Below, piece after piece: positions 1-8,280 of a stretch of DNA of 64,000 bases. Within the stretch, counting starts at the first letter, position 1. The number at the start of each line of letters is the position of its first letter. Position numbers and translations under genes: made by a program. The notes below the pieces were generated by a model. The model saw only the letters and a list, made by a program, of their open reading frames with translations. It made no database searches and was not told the origin of the DNA. The DNA lies in NCBI GenBank assembly GCA_963826115.1, contig CAWGVS010000005.1:288001-352000 (forward strand), written 5' to 3'. The DNA comes from an uncultured Candidatus Rokubacteria bacterium (lineage in GTDB: Bacteria > Methylomirabilota > Methylomirabilia > Rokubacteriales > DASRDR01).

Positions 1-99
1 CGTCCCGGCGACGTCGTCCTGGTGATGAGCAACGGCGCCTTCGGCGGCTTCATCGATCGCCTGCTCGCCGCGCTCAGGTCCGGCGTCACGATGCGCTGA
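1..99 (+). CDS. mpl: C-terminal end of a Mur-ligase family protein, probably murein peptide ligase Mpl (partial, runs off the window start)
   Basis: Frame 1 reads RPGDVVLVMSNGAFGGFIDRLLAALRSGVTMR*; GDxxLVMSNGxFGG is the characteristic Mpl C-terminal motif. Confidence 0.65.
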   Translation, partial: RPGDVVLVMSNGAFGGFIDRLLAALRSGVTMR

Positions 100-313
100 C
101 GCCGCGCGGCCGGATTACCGCGCGGGCCCATCCGACTCGACCCGGCACGCGGCCGAGGTCTGCCGACACGGAGCCACGCGGCGGTGTCGACACCCGACGC
201 CGGCTCTCGGCTTGTCAGGATTTCTCCCCCTTGCAGGCGTTGGAGTTGGCGCTACCTTCCCGCTCAGGGCGATGCGACGGGGGAGTTCCCGGGTGCGCCC
301 GAGGAGGCACGGC

Positions 314-1714
314 ATGGCTGTGATCGAAGCGGTGACCCTGGACGGGGGGCGTATCACCCTCGACGACGGGACGGTCGATGGCCTGCGCAAGGGATTGCGG
401 GGCGAGCTGATCCGGAGCCGGGAGGCCGGTTACGAGACCGCGCGCCGGGTGTGGAACGGCAACATCGACCGCCGACCGGCGCTCATCGCGCGGTGCGCCG
501 GCGTCGCCGACGTGCAACGGGCCGTCGACTTCGCGCGCGCCCACGGCCTCCGCCTTTCCGTGCGGGGCGGTGGGCACAGCGCGCCGGGGTACGGCACCAA
601 CGACGGCGGGCTGGTCATCGACCTGTCGCCGATGAAGGGCATTCGCGTGGACCCGGCCGCCCGCACGGTCGAGGCGCAGGGTGGCGCGCTCTGGCGCGAT
701 CTCGACCACGAGACCCAGGCGTTCGGGCTCGCGACGACCGGCGGCACCGTCTCCAACACCGGCATCGCCGGGCTGACGCTCGGCGGTGGCCTGGGGTGGC
801 TGATGGGCAAGCACGGGCTCACCGTCGACAACCTGATCGCCGTCGACGTCGTGACCGCCGACGGACGGTTCCGCACGGTCAGCGCGACCGAGGACCCGGA
901 TCTCTTCTGGGCCCTGCGGGGCGGCGGCGGCAACTTCGGGGTGGTCACGTCGCTCCGGTACCGGCTGCACCCGGTGACGACCGTGCTCGGAGGGCTGGTG
1001 ATCCATCCGCTGGACCACGGACGGGACGTCCTCCGGTTCTACCGGGACTTCTGCGCCGGGCTGCCGGACGAGGCGGAAGCCTACGCCGGCGTCCTGACCT
1101 CGCCCGAGGGACAGCCAGTGGTGGCGCTGATCCTCGGCTACAACGGGCCGATCGTAGACGGAGAGAAGGCGCTCGCGCCGGCGCGCCGCTTCGGGCGGCC
1201 GGTCGCCGACCTCGTCGGGCCGATGCCGTACGGCGCGCGCCAGACGCTCCTGGACGACCCGAACGCGAAGCACGGTCTCCATCGGTACTGGCGGGCCGCG
1301 TTCACCGAACGCATCACCGACGAGTTCATCGATGGCGTCATGTATGGGGCCGCCCGATTCAGCTCGGCGCTCAGCGCCATGGTCTTCTTCTACGTGCACG
1401 GCGCGGCGACGCGCGTCCGGCCGGCCGAGACGGCGTTCGCGGCCCGGCGACCCCAGTGGGACTTCGACCTCATCGGGCAGTGGACGGACGGCGCGGAGTC
1501 CGCCAATCACGTCGCCTGGGTGCGCGCCATGTGGAGCCGGCTGGAGCCCCATCTCGAGGACAGCGGGTACGTCAACCACCTCGCCGAGGACGACCGCCCG
1601 GAGAAGGTGCGCGCGTCGTACGGAGAGAACTACCAGCGGCTGCGCCAGATCAAGACGGTCTACGATCCGACGAACCTCTTCCGCGCCAACGCGAACATCC
1701 CGCCCGCGTCGTAG
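314..1714 (+). CDS. FAD-binding oxidoreductase, berberine-bridge-enzyme (VAO/BBE) family
   Basis: GAGGAGG SD before ATG 314; RGGGHS FAD motif, LFWALRGGGGNFGVVT, C-terminal YVN...KTVYDPTNLF BBE motif. Confidence 0.93.
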   Translation: MAVIEAVTLDGGRITLDDGTVDGLRKGLRGELIRSREAGYETARRVWNGNIDRRPALIARCAGVADVQRAVDFARAHGLRLSVRGGGHSAPGYGTNDGGLVIDLSPMKGIRVDPAARTVEAQGGALWRDLDHETQAFGLATTGGTVSNTGIAGLTLGGGLGWLMGKHGLTVDNLIAVDVVTADGRFRTVSATEDPDLFWALRGGGGNFGVVTSLRYRLHPVTTVLGGLVIHPLDHGRDVLRFYRDFCAGLPDEAEAYAGVLTSPEGQPVVALILGYNGPIVDGEKALAPARRFGRPVADLVGPMPYGARQTLLDDPNAKHGLHRYWRAAFTERITDEFIDGVMYGAARFSSALSAMVFFYVHGAATRVRPAETAFAARRPQWDFDLIGQWTDGAESANHVAWVRAMWSRLEPHLEDSGYVNHLAEDDRPEKVRASYGENYQRLRQIKTVYDPTNLFRANANIPPAS

Positions 1715-1723
1715 GCGGGCGAG

Positions 1724-1761
1724 GGGGGCGCGCCAGCGCCACGACGCTGTGCGCGCGCCCC
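1724..1761. terminator. GC-rich hairpin between convergent genes, possible terminator
   Basis: ggggcgcgc-cagcg...cgctg-t-gcgcgcgcccc imperfect inverted repeat between the stops at 1714 and 1790; no clear U-tract. Confidence 0.35.
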
Positions 1762-1789
1762 TGGCGCCTCGCGGCGCTCGGGCGAGCCT

Positions 1790-2917
1790 TCAGCTGCGCG
1801 TCGGCGCGACGTCGGTCGGCCGGCCCGTGACCTCGTAGCGCCGGAGCGCGGCCTCGTCGAGGACGATGCCGTGTCCCGGGCGGGCGGGGGGCGCCATCTC
1901 GCCCCGCTCGACGCGGATCGGCTCCGCCAGGAGCCCGATGTCGGTCAGCGATCCGCCCTGGAGGTCCTCCAGGATCAGCCCGTTCGGCACCGCGCAGAGC
2001 GCGTGGATCGACAGCTCCATCGCGAAGTGCGGCGCCACGGGCAGGTTGAAGCTCTCGGCGAGCTTCGCGATCTTGAGCCACTCCGTGAAGCCGCCGACGC
2101 GCACGATGTCCGCCTGCACGACGTCCAGCGCGCCGGCTCGCATGAAGTCGGCGAACTCGTACCGGGTGTACATGGTCTCGCCCGCGGCGAGCGGGATCCC
2201 CGCGCCCTCCCGGACCCGGCAGTGGGCGACCCGGTCGTCCGCCAGCACGGGCTCCTCCAGCCAGAACGGGGCGAAGCGCGTGAGCATCTGCGCCCGCCGG
2301 ACGGCCTCGCCCGCCGTCCACTTCTGGTTGGCGTCGAGCATGACCAGCACCTCCGGTCCCACCAGCCGCCGGACGGCGCCCACGCGCTCGACGTCCTCCT
2401 CGGGGTTGTCGCGCCCGACCTTCATCTTCACGGCCCGGTAGCCCTGGTCGAGGAAGCCGCGCATCTGATCGAGGAGCGGCTCGCCCTCGAGGTGCATGTT
2501 GATGCCGCTCCCGTAGGCGCGGATCCGGTCCCGCGCACCGCCCATGAGCCGGTACACGGGCACTCCGGCGTGCTTGCCCAGGATGTCCCAGAGCGCGACG
2601 TCGACGGTGGCAAGGGCGTAGCGGGTGAGGCCGCCGGAGCCGAGAGAGTGGAGCTCCCACCAGCAGCGCGTCCACACGCGCTCGACATCCCGCGGGTCCT
2701 GGCCCCGGACGAGCGGGGCGAGATAGGTGTCGATCAGCTCCCGGATGGCGGTGCCGCCGAGCCCGCCGGTGTAGGCGAAGCCGGTCCCGGTCAGCCCCGA
2801 GTCGGTCGTGACCGTGGTCACGATCCACTCCCAGTGGTTGACCCTCTGGATGGAGTCCTGGATCCGAATGGGCGGGGGAATGCGGTACAGCCGGGCCGAG
2901 ACGTCCTTCACGCGCAC
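1790..2917 (-). CDS. Mandelate racemase/muconate lactonizing enzyme (enolase superfamily) protein, possibly a sugar-acid dehydratase
   Basis: AGGAG SD then GTG at 2917; VDVALWDILGK, KMKVG, DANQ, WLEEP, GE metal-ligand motifs; only the 3' part of the listed 1088-aa ORF is real. Confidence 0.9.
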   Translation of the reverse strand: MRVKDVSARLYRIPPPIRIQDSIQRVNHWEWIVTTVTTDSGLTGTGFAYTGGLGGTAIRELIDTYLAPLVRGQDPRDVERVWTRCWWELHSLGSGGLTRYALATVDVALWDILGKHAGVPVYRLMGGARDRIRAYGSGINMHLEGEPLLDQMRGFLDQGYRAVKMKVGRDNPEEDVERVGAVRRLVGPEVLVMLDANQKWTAGEAVRRAQMLTRFAPFWLEEPVLADDRVAHCRVREGAGIPLAAGETMYTRYEFADFMRAGALDVVQADIVRVGGFTEWLKIAKLAESFNLPVAPHFAMELSIHALCAVPNGLILEDLQGGSLTDIGLLAEPIRVERGEMAPPARPGHGIVLDEAALRRYEVTGRPTDVAPTRS

Positions 2918-3120
2918 TGGAGATGCTCCTCTCGTGGGAATGGGTCGCTGCTCGTCGTCGCGCCGCCAGGGTACCCCGAATCGTCGGAGCACGAGGTGCG
3001 TTCCCCCGACGGACTGCTCATCAGCCGGCGCCGACGTCCCCGGGGCCTGGCGCCCCGCCGACGCCTTCGGGTATCTTCGGTGACGAGGACAGGACGACTC
3101 AGGTGCGCGGGTCGTTCGCC

Positions 3121-3189
3121 CTCGTGCTCGTGTTCCTGCTGCTCCAGAAGTGGTTCGTGTCGGGCCTGACCATGGGCGCGGTGAAGTGA
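3121..3189 (+). pseudogene. Orphan C-terminal fragment of a carbohydrate ABC transporter permease (MalG-like)
   Basis: LVLVFLLLQKWFVSGLTMGAVK* matches the typical MalG-family C-terminus (FLxLQRYFVxGLTxGAVK); the rest of the gene is absent. Confidence 0.7.
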
Positions 3190-3244
3190 TCGCCGCCCCG
3201 GGCCGTCCGCGCCGGGCCATGACCCCATCACGGAGGCCGATCCC

Positions 3245-4591
3245 ATGAGCGGAGCGAGCGACCGATCCAGGACAAAGCGGTACATCCGGGCCGCGCGCGT
3301 CGTCACCGCGAGCGCGAACGGCGTCATCGAGGACGGCGCGGTCGCCGTCGAGGGCTCCCGCATCACGGCGGTGGGACCGGCGGCCGAGGTGACGCGCGGG
3401 GCCGTTCCGGGGGCGGTCGAGACGTACGCCGACGCGACCCTGATGCCCGGGCTGGTCGATGCCCACGCTCACCTCACGCTGGCCGCCGACCGCCGGACCT
3501 ACGAGCAGATGGTGCTCGACCCCGACGAGATGATGGCGCTGGTCTCGGTGTCGAACCTCCAGCGGCACCTCGCCTGCGGCGTGACCACGCTCCGAGACAA
3601 CGGGGGCCGCAATCGCGTGACGTTCATCGTGCGGGAGGCGATCAACCGCGGGTACTTCATCGGGCCCCGGTTGCTGCTGAGCGGCCGGCCGGTGACGCAC
3701 CGCCACGGCCACTTCTACTGGTGCAACGGCGTGGCCGACGGCATCGAGGCGATCCGCGCGACCGTCCGGCAGCTGGTGGCCGAGGGCGCCGACCACATCA
3801 AGATCATGGCCTCGGGCGGCGCCACCGCCGGCAACATCCCGTACTACGCCTCCTACGGCGTGGACGAGCTCCGCGCCGCCGTCGACACCGCGCACGGGCT
3901 CGGCCGGCTGACCACCGCCCACTGCCGGGCCAAGCAGTCGATGATCAACGCGCTCGAGGCGGGCCTCGACTGCATCGAGCACGGGGAGTTCCTGATCCCC
4001 GGCAAGGTGGTCGAGTACGGGGAAGGCATCTCGTCTCGCGGTGTCATGGAATACGATCCGGCGGTCGCGGAGCGCTTCGCCCAGCAGGGCACGTTCATCA
4101 GCTACACGTTCCAGGCCGGCGGCTACGACTCGCTGGTCGAGCTGCGCCAGAAGGCGGGCCACGAGCGGCTGACCGCCGTCGAGACGGCGCGCCGGGACGC
4201 TCTCGAGGCCTACTACGACATGAAGCTCGAGATCTTCCGGCGCCTCCTCGGCGACCGCATGCACCCGTACCTGGTGGTCAGCAGCGACGCCGGGCCCTTC
4301 GACTGCGAGTTCGGACGGATGCACTACGGGCTGGAGCTGGCGGTCGAGGCGGGCATGAGCCCGCTCCAGGCCATCGAGGCGGCGACATCCCTCGCGGCGC
4401 GCGCCTGCGGCGTCGCCGACATCGTGGGTTCTCTCGAGGTGGGCAAGGAGGCCGACCTCCTCGTCGTCCACGGCAACGCCCTCGCCGACGTTCGGCGGAT
4501 GGCCGAGGTCGCCGCGGTCTACAAGGCGGGCCGGAAGGTCGGCGTCCTGCCGGAGCACTCGCTCCTGCCGACGACGGAGCGCCTGGGCTAG
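3245..4591 (+). CDS. Metal-dependent amidohydrolase (Xaa-Pro dipeptidase-like subgroup)
   Basis: GGAGG SD; MPGLVDAHAH, GVTTLRDNG, KIMASGG, IEHG, GSLEVGKEADLLVV motifs. Confidence 0.9.
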   Translation: MSGASDRSRTKRYIRAARVVTASANGVIEDGAVAVEGSRITAVGPAAEVTRGAVPGAVETYADATLMPGLVDAHAHLTLAADRRTYEQMVLDPDEMMALVSVSNLQRHLACGVTTLRDNGGRNRVTFIVREAINRGYFIGPRLLLSGRPVTHRHGHFYWCNGVADGIEAIRATVRQLVAEGADHIKIMASGGATAGNIPYYASYGVDELRAAVDTAHGLGRLTTAHCRAKQSMINALEAGLDCIEHGEFLIPGKVVEYGEGISSRGVMEYDPAVAERFAQQGTFISYTFQAGGYDSLVELRQKAGHERLTAVETARRDALEAYYDMKLEIFRRLLGDRMHPYLVVSSDAGPFDCEFGRMHYGLELAVEAGMSPLQAIEAATSLAARACGVADIVGSLEVGKEADLLVVHGNALADVRRMAEVAAVYKAGRKVGVLPEHSLLPTTERLG

Positions 4592-4618
4592 ACGGAGTGG
4601 GGATGGAGGTCGTGCGCC

Positions 4619-4873
4619 GTGGCGGCCTATCGGAGTCTCCTGGCCCGGGCGGAGGTGCTCTTCGCCACGCGCATCCCGCCGGAGGTCGTGGAGCCAGCGG
4701 CCGCTGCCGCGAAGCTCCAGGCCGAGATCGTGGCCATCTATCGTCGGATGAACGAGCCGGTCCGACGGGGTTCCGGCGGCGGCCGGAGGATACGGGGCGC
4801 CGTCCTGCTGGGCGACGCGAGACTGGCGACAGTCTCGCGTTCGCTCCGTGGCTGGCGACCGTCCAACCCCTGA
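4619..4873 (+). CDS. Small hypothetical protein or gene remnant
   Basis: GGAGGT upstream of GTG 4619; no recognisable domain. Confidence 0.35.
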   Translation: MAAYRSLLARAEVLFATRIPPEVVEPAAAAAKLQAEIVAIYRRMNEPVRRGSGGGRRIRGAVLLGDARLATVSRSLRGWRPSNP

Positions 4874-4967
4874 ACCGCGCCTAGTTCCTCTCTCGCGCGC
4901 TCCGGTACATGGATTGCCCGGACGTCGCGGCGACCCTCGAGCACGATGCAACGGGCGGATTGATGGC

Positions 4968-4996
4968 TTGTGTAGCGTGCGCCACCATATTAGGCT
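4968..4996 (+). promoter_or_regulatory. Putative sigma70-type promoter for the histone-like gene
   Basis: TTGTGT-17 nt-TAGGCT in an AT-richer intergenic stretch about 95 nt upstream of ATG 5093. Confidence 0.45.
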
Positions 4997-5092
4997 TGCG
5001 TCGGGCTTTCCAGCGTCCCCATATGTGGCGTGAGAAAGGACTGGTAAGCGTTTCACCCGGGCCTTTCCGCGACACTCAGAAAGGAGACTAGG

Positions 5093-5389
5093 ATGGCACG
5101 AAAAGCGGTCAAGAGAGCAGCAGCGAGGCGCGCCGTGAAGAAGCGCGCGGTGAAGAGGGCCGTCGTCAGGCGCGCCGTGAAGAAGCGCGCGGTGAAGAAG
5201 GCCGTCGTCAGGCGCGCCGTGAAGAAGCGCGCGGTGAAGAGGGCCGTCGTCAAGCGCGCCGTGAAGAAGCGCGCCATGAAGAAAGCCGTGGCGAAGAGAG
5301 CCCTGAAGCGCGCGATCGTCAAGCGCGCGATCAGACGAGCCATCATCGCCAACGCACTGCAGGAAAGGGGCGCCGCTTCAACCGAGTAA
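5093..5389 (+). CDS. Lys/Arg/Ala/Val-rich histone H1-like (Hc2-like) basic nucleoid protein
   Basis: Strong AAAGGAGA SD; 41 of 98 residues are K/R with only 2 acidic; repetitive (K/R)(K/R)AV(V/K) units. Confidence 0.75.
   Translation: MARKAVKRAAARRAVKKRAVKRAVVRRAVKKRAVKKAVVRRAVKKRAVKRAVVKRAVKKRAMKKAVAKRALKRAIVKRAIRRAIIANALQERGAASTE
5126..5293 (+). repeat. Four tandem 42-bp coding repeats (RRAVKKRAVKRAVV)
   Basis: Units at 5126, 5168, 5210 and 5252: aggcgcgccgtgaagaagcgcgcggtgaag(agg/aag)gccgtcgtc, the fourth degenerate. Confidence 0.9.
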
Positions 5390-5773
5390 AGGTCGCTCCG
5401 GGCGCGTTTGCGTCCGGGCTTCGCATTTAGGGCCAGCGGCGGGGACCTGGGGCGGCCGTCGCCCGCGCGTCGGCCGGCGTCGGCAGTGGGACAATTGTCG
5501 ATCGCCGGTGGGCGCGCGGGTGAGCGGGCCGTGATACTCGGGCAACGGCCGCGCGGCGGCGGCACGAGGGCTGCCAAGCGCACCAGCAAACTTCAGCGGC
5601 GCCACGAGAGCGCTGTCGAACCGGCGCGCCACGGCGGCTCATGCTCCGACGAGGTTGGCGTCGTTGCCACTTCGTGGCCATGGCGATGGGCGCTCGGGCT
5701 CTCGGGGGTGCTCAACGGTTTTCAGCGAACGCCCGTGCGTGAACACCGGTCGCTGCGCCTAGTCGCGTCGATC

Positions 5774-6673
5774 GTGTCGACGCCGATCACCTTCGTGCAG
5801 ATGGCCGACCCGCAGTTCGGCCAGTTCGCCCACTTCTCCGGCCGCACGCCCGAGGAGCTCGCTCGCTACCGGCGGCACGGGCTGAACGTGCGCCCGGCTC
5901 CCAAGGTCGAGCATTTCCGCGAGGAGACGCGGCGGTTCGAGGCCGCGGTGGCGATGGCCGGGGCCGCCCGGCCGCGCTTCGTCGTCGTGTGCGGCGACAT
6001 GGTGAACGCCGCCGGCGACCCCGCCCAGGTCGCCGAGGTGAAGCGGATCGCGGCCGGCCTGCCGGCCGGCGTGCCGCTCCGCTACGTGGCGGGGAATCAC
6101 GACGCGTGTCCCGACAACGAGGTGCCCGACCCCGAGAGCCTGGCGCGCTACCGCGCCGACTTCGGCCCCGACTACTACGCCTTCCGCGAGGACGACGCGC
6201 ATTTCCTGGTCCTGAACGCCTGTCTTCTCCAGCATCCCGAGCGGGCGCCCGAGGACTTCGACCGCCAGATGGCCTGGCTCGAGGGGGCGCTCCGGGACGC
6301 GGCGCGCGCCGGCGCGTCCCACATCGTCGCCTTCACCCACCAGCCGCTCTTCATGGCAAATCCCGAGGAGCCCGACGAGGACTACCCGTGGGCGCCGAGC
6401 CCCCCGGGCCGTCCGCCGGGCTACTGGGCCGTCCCGCGCGCGCGGCGCATGCCGGTCATCGAGCTGTTCCGCCGCTACGGGGTCCAGGCGACGTTCTGCG
6501 GCCACTGGCACCGGAACCACGAGACGCGGGACGGGGACATGCTGGAAGTGCTCACGAGCTCGGTGGGCTACCCCCTCGGCGACGACCCCTCCGGGATCCG
6601 CGTCGTCCGGCTGACGGCGTCGGGCGTCGAGCACGAGTATCGCCCGCTGCCGCTGGCCGGCGCGGCCTTCTGA
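5774..6673 (+). CDS. Calcineurin-like metallophosphoesterase (CPPED1-like)
   Basis: ADPQFG, CGDMVN, AGNHD, FTHQP, GHWHRN motifs; start uncertain (GTG 5774 chosen). Confidence 0.85.
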   Translation: MSTPITFVQMADPQFGQFAHFSGRTPEELARYRRHGLNVRPAPKVEHFREETRRFEAAVAMAGAARPRFVVVCGDMVNAAGDPAQVAEVKRIAAGLPAGVPLRYVAGNHDACPDNEVPDPESLARYRADFGPDYYAFREDDAHFLVLNACLLQHPERAPEDFDRQMAWLEGALRDAARAGASHIVAFTHQPLFMANPEEPDEDYPWAPSPPGRPPGYWAVPRARRMPVIELFRRYGVQATFCGHWHRNHETRDGDMLEVLTSSVGYPLGDDPSGIRVVRLTASGVEHEYRPLPLAGAAF

Positions 6674-6783
6674 GCACGCCCGCGGGCCGCCGGGGCCGGG
6701 GGCCGCTCCGATCTGCCCCGACCGCCCGTCTAAGTGTAGAGTGAACCTGCCGGGGACGATCCCCCGGCCCCGAGGAGGTCTCG

Positions 6784-7443
6784 ATGGCGCTCTTCTCGTT
6801 CAGGAAGAAGGCAGGCATCCCCACGGCCGAGGAGGCCCTTCCCGGCCGGAGCGAGCCGATCGCGGTGACGGACCGGCACTTCGTGACGCGGCGGTCGATC
6901 AAGCCGCCATTCCCGGAGGGGCTCGAGCAGGCCGTGTTCGGGCTCGGCTGCTTCTGGGGCGCCGAGCGGAAGTTCTGGCAGACCGAGGGCGTCCATACGA
7001 CCGCGGTCGGCTACGCGGGCGGCGCCACCCCGAACCCGACCTACGAGGAGGTGTGCTCCGGGATGACCGGCCACACCGAGGCGGTGCTGGTCGTGTTCGA
7101 CCCCAAGGTCGTCTCGTACGACTCGCTGCTCCGCGTCTTCTGGGAGACCCACGACCCGACGCAGGGCATGCGCCAGGGGAACGACGTCGGCACGCAGTAC
7201 CGATCGGCGATCTACACGTACGGCGATGCCCAGGCCGCGGCCGCGATCGCGTCGCGCGACGCCTACCAGCCCGCGCTCTCGCGCGCGGGTTACGGCCCGA
7301 TCACGACGGAGATCCGTCCCGCTCCGCCCTTCTACTACGCCGAGGGATATCACCAGCAGTACCTCGCGAAGAATCCGGGCGGGTACTGCGGGATCGGCGG
7401 CACGGGCGTGGCGTGCTCCGTGGGGGTGGCCGCCGCGCGCTAG
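6784..7443 (+). CDS. msrA: Peptide-methionine (S)-S-oxide reductase
   Basis: GCFWGAE active site, [45 protein letters not shown]. Confidence 0.97.
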   Translation: MALFSFRKKAGIPTAEEALPGRSEPIAVTDRHFVTRRSIKPPFPEGLEQAVFGLGCFWGAERKFWQTEGVHTTAVGYAGGATPNPTYEEVCSGMTGHTEAVLVVFDPKVVSYDSLLRVFWETHDPTQGMRQGNDVGTQYRSAIYTYGDAQAAAAIASRDAYQPALSRAGYGPITTEIRPAPPFYYAEGYHQQYLAKNPGGYCGIGGTGVACSVGVAAAR

Positions 7444-7567
7444 CCGCTGAACGCCTTCCTCTTCGCGCGCGGCGAGGGGAAAGCCCGGCACTCGTCCGCC
7501 GGGTCGGGTGTCGTCCGACCCTTGACTTGATCGGACCGCAGGTCCAGTGTGGGTCGTGGAGTTGATC

Positions 7568-7864
7568 GTGACCAGACGGACCCGTTTCGCGTCCCTGTTG
7601 CCCGTCGTCGTCTTCCTTGCCCTGCGCGCCCTGTCGCACGCTCACCCGTTGCCGCTGCCGTGGACGACGGGCGTGTACGACGGCGGTGGGCTCGACGACG
7701 TCCTGCAGACGATCCGCATCTCGTACACGTCGGGACTCGACGTCCGTCACGTCGTCGCCGGCGTGCTGCGCGCCCCGACCGGGCTGGTCACGGTTCCCCG
7801 GGCGTCGTTCGTCAGGGTCGCCGCGCTCAGCCTGGCCCACTCCCGGGCGCCGCCTCTCGCCTGA
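7568..7864 (+). CDS. Small signal-peptide-bearing ORF with C-terminal RAPP motif (candidate translation-arrest leader peptide)
   Basis: GGAG SD then GTG 7568; MTRRTR plus hydrophobic stretch plus ALSHA; GVYDGGGLDDV; ends SRAPPLA*. Confidence 0.7.
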   Translation: MTRRTRFASLLPVVVFLALRALSHAHPLPLPWTTGVYDGGGLDDVLQTIRISYTSGLDVRHVVAGVLRAPTGLVTVPRASFVRVAALSLAHSRAPPLA

Positions 7865-7983
7865 TCTCCGCCCTCTCGCCGCTCCCCGCCGGCGCCGCCG
7901 CGTCCAGTGCGGCCTCTCGCCGGCTCACGACCGAATGAGACACGGATCGGTCGCGCGTCTCGCGCGACCGTGGGAGGACAACC

Positions 7984-8235
7984 ATGTTCAGGAAGCTCGC
8001 GATCGTGGCGCTCTTGCTCGTGTTCGCCGCCGCCCCCGCGTGGGCGGACGAGATCTCCGGGAAGATCCAGAAGGTCGACGCAAGCGACCGCTCCATCGTG
8101 CTCGAGGACGGCACGCAGCTCTGGCTGGGCGACTCGGTGGCAGCCGACGCGCTCCAGGAGGGAGCCACCGTGAAGGCGTCCTACGAGGAGAAGGACGGCA
8201 AGAAGATCGTCACCGAGATCGAGGTCTCGCAGTAG
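7984..8235 (+). CDS. Secreted small OB-fold protein, DUF1344-like
   Basis: GGGAGG SD; Sec signal (AWA|D); GKIQKVD...IVLEDGT...LQEGATVKASYEEKDGKKIV pattern. Confidence 0.8.
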   Translation: MFRKLAIVALLLVFAAAPAWADEISGKIQKVDASDRSIVLEDGTQLWLGDSVAADALQEGATVKASYEEKDGKKIVTEIEVSQ

Positions 8236-8247
8236 CAGAAGAGGGCG

Positions 8248-8278
8248 ACCGGGCGCGCCGCGCGTCGGCGCGCCCGGT
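8248..8278. terminator. Perfect 13-bp hairpin between convergent genes (possible bidirectional terminator)
   Basis: accgggcgcgccg-cgcgt-cggcgcgcccggt. Confidence 0.6.
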
Positions 8279-8280
8279 GG

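Noticed and set aside
184-1830. Long alternative-frame and antisense ORFs (here and throughout, e.g. 33022-35490, 54589-57399)
   Set aside because: Arg/Pro/Gly-rich shadow ORFs expected at high GC; they overlap genes with clear family motifs
4619-4873. Possible remnant of a 2-hydroxyacid dehydrogenase N-terminus (AEVLFATRIPPEVV)
   Set aside because: Resemblance too short to support without a search
1790-5056. Apparent 1088-aa protein; likewise 22510-25839, 31508-35053, 36083-38464 and 52594-55047 as apparent giant fusions
   Set aside because: Only the C-terminal parts carry real motifs and have their own SD or start; the N-terminal extensions are shadows of neighbouring genes
5126-5293. Tandem repeats as a possible CRISPR array
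   Set aside because: No unique spacers, the period is a multiple of 3 inside an ORF, and there are no cas genes
5390-5773. Roughly 380-nt intergenic region as a possible ncRNA or small ORF
   Set aside because: No recognisable RNA family motif; the ORFs lack an SD and a plausible composition
6784-7443. msrA as a second selenoprotein; other TGA stops as Sec codons
   Set aside because: msrA has TGC (GCFWG). The other TGA stops I inspected end complete domains with no in-frame continuation of the fold.
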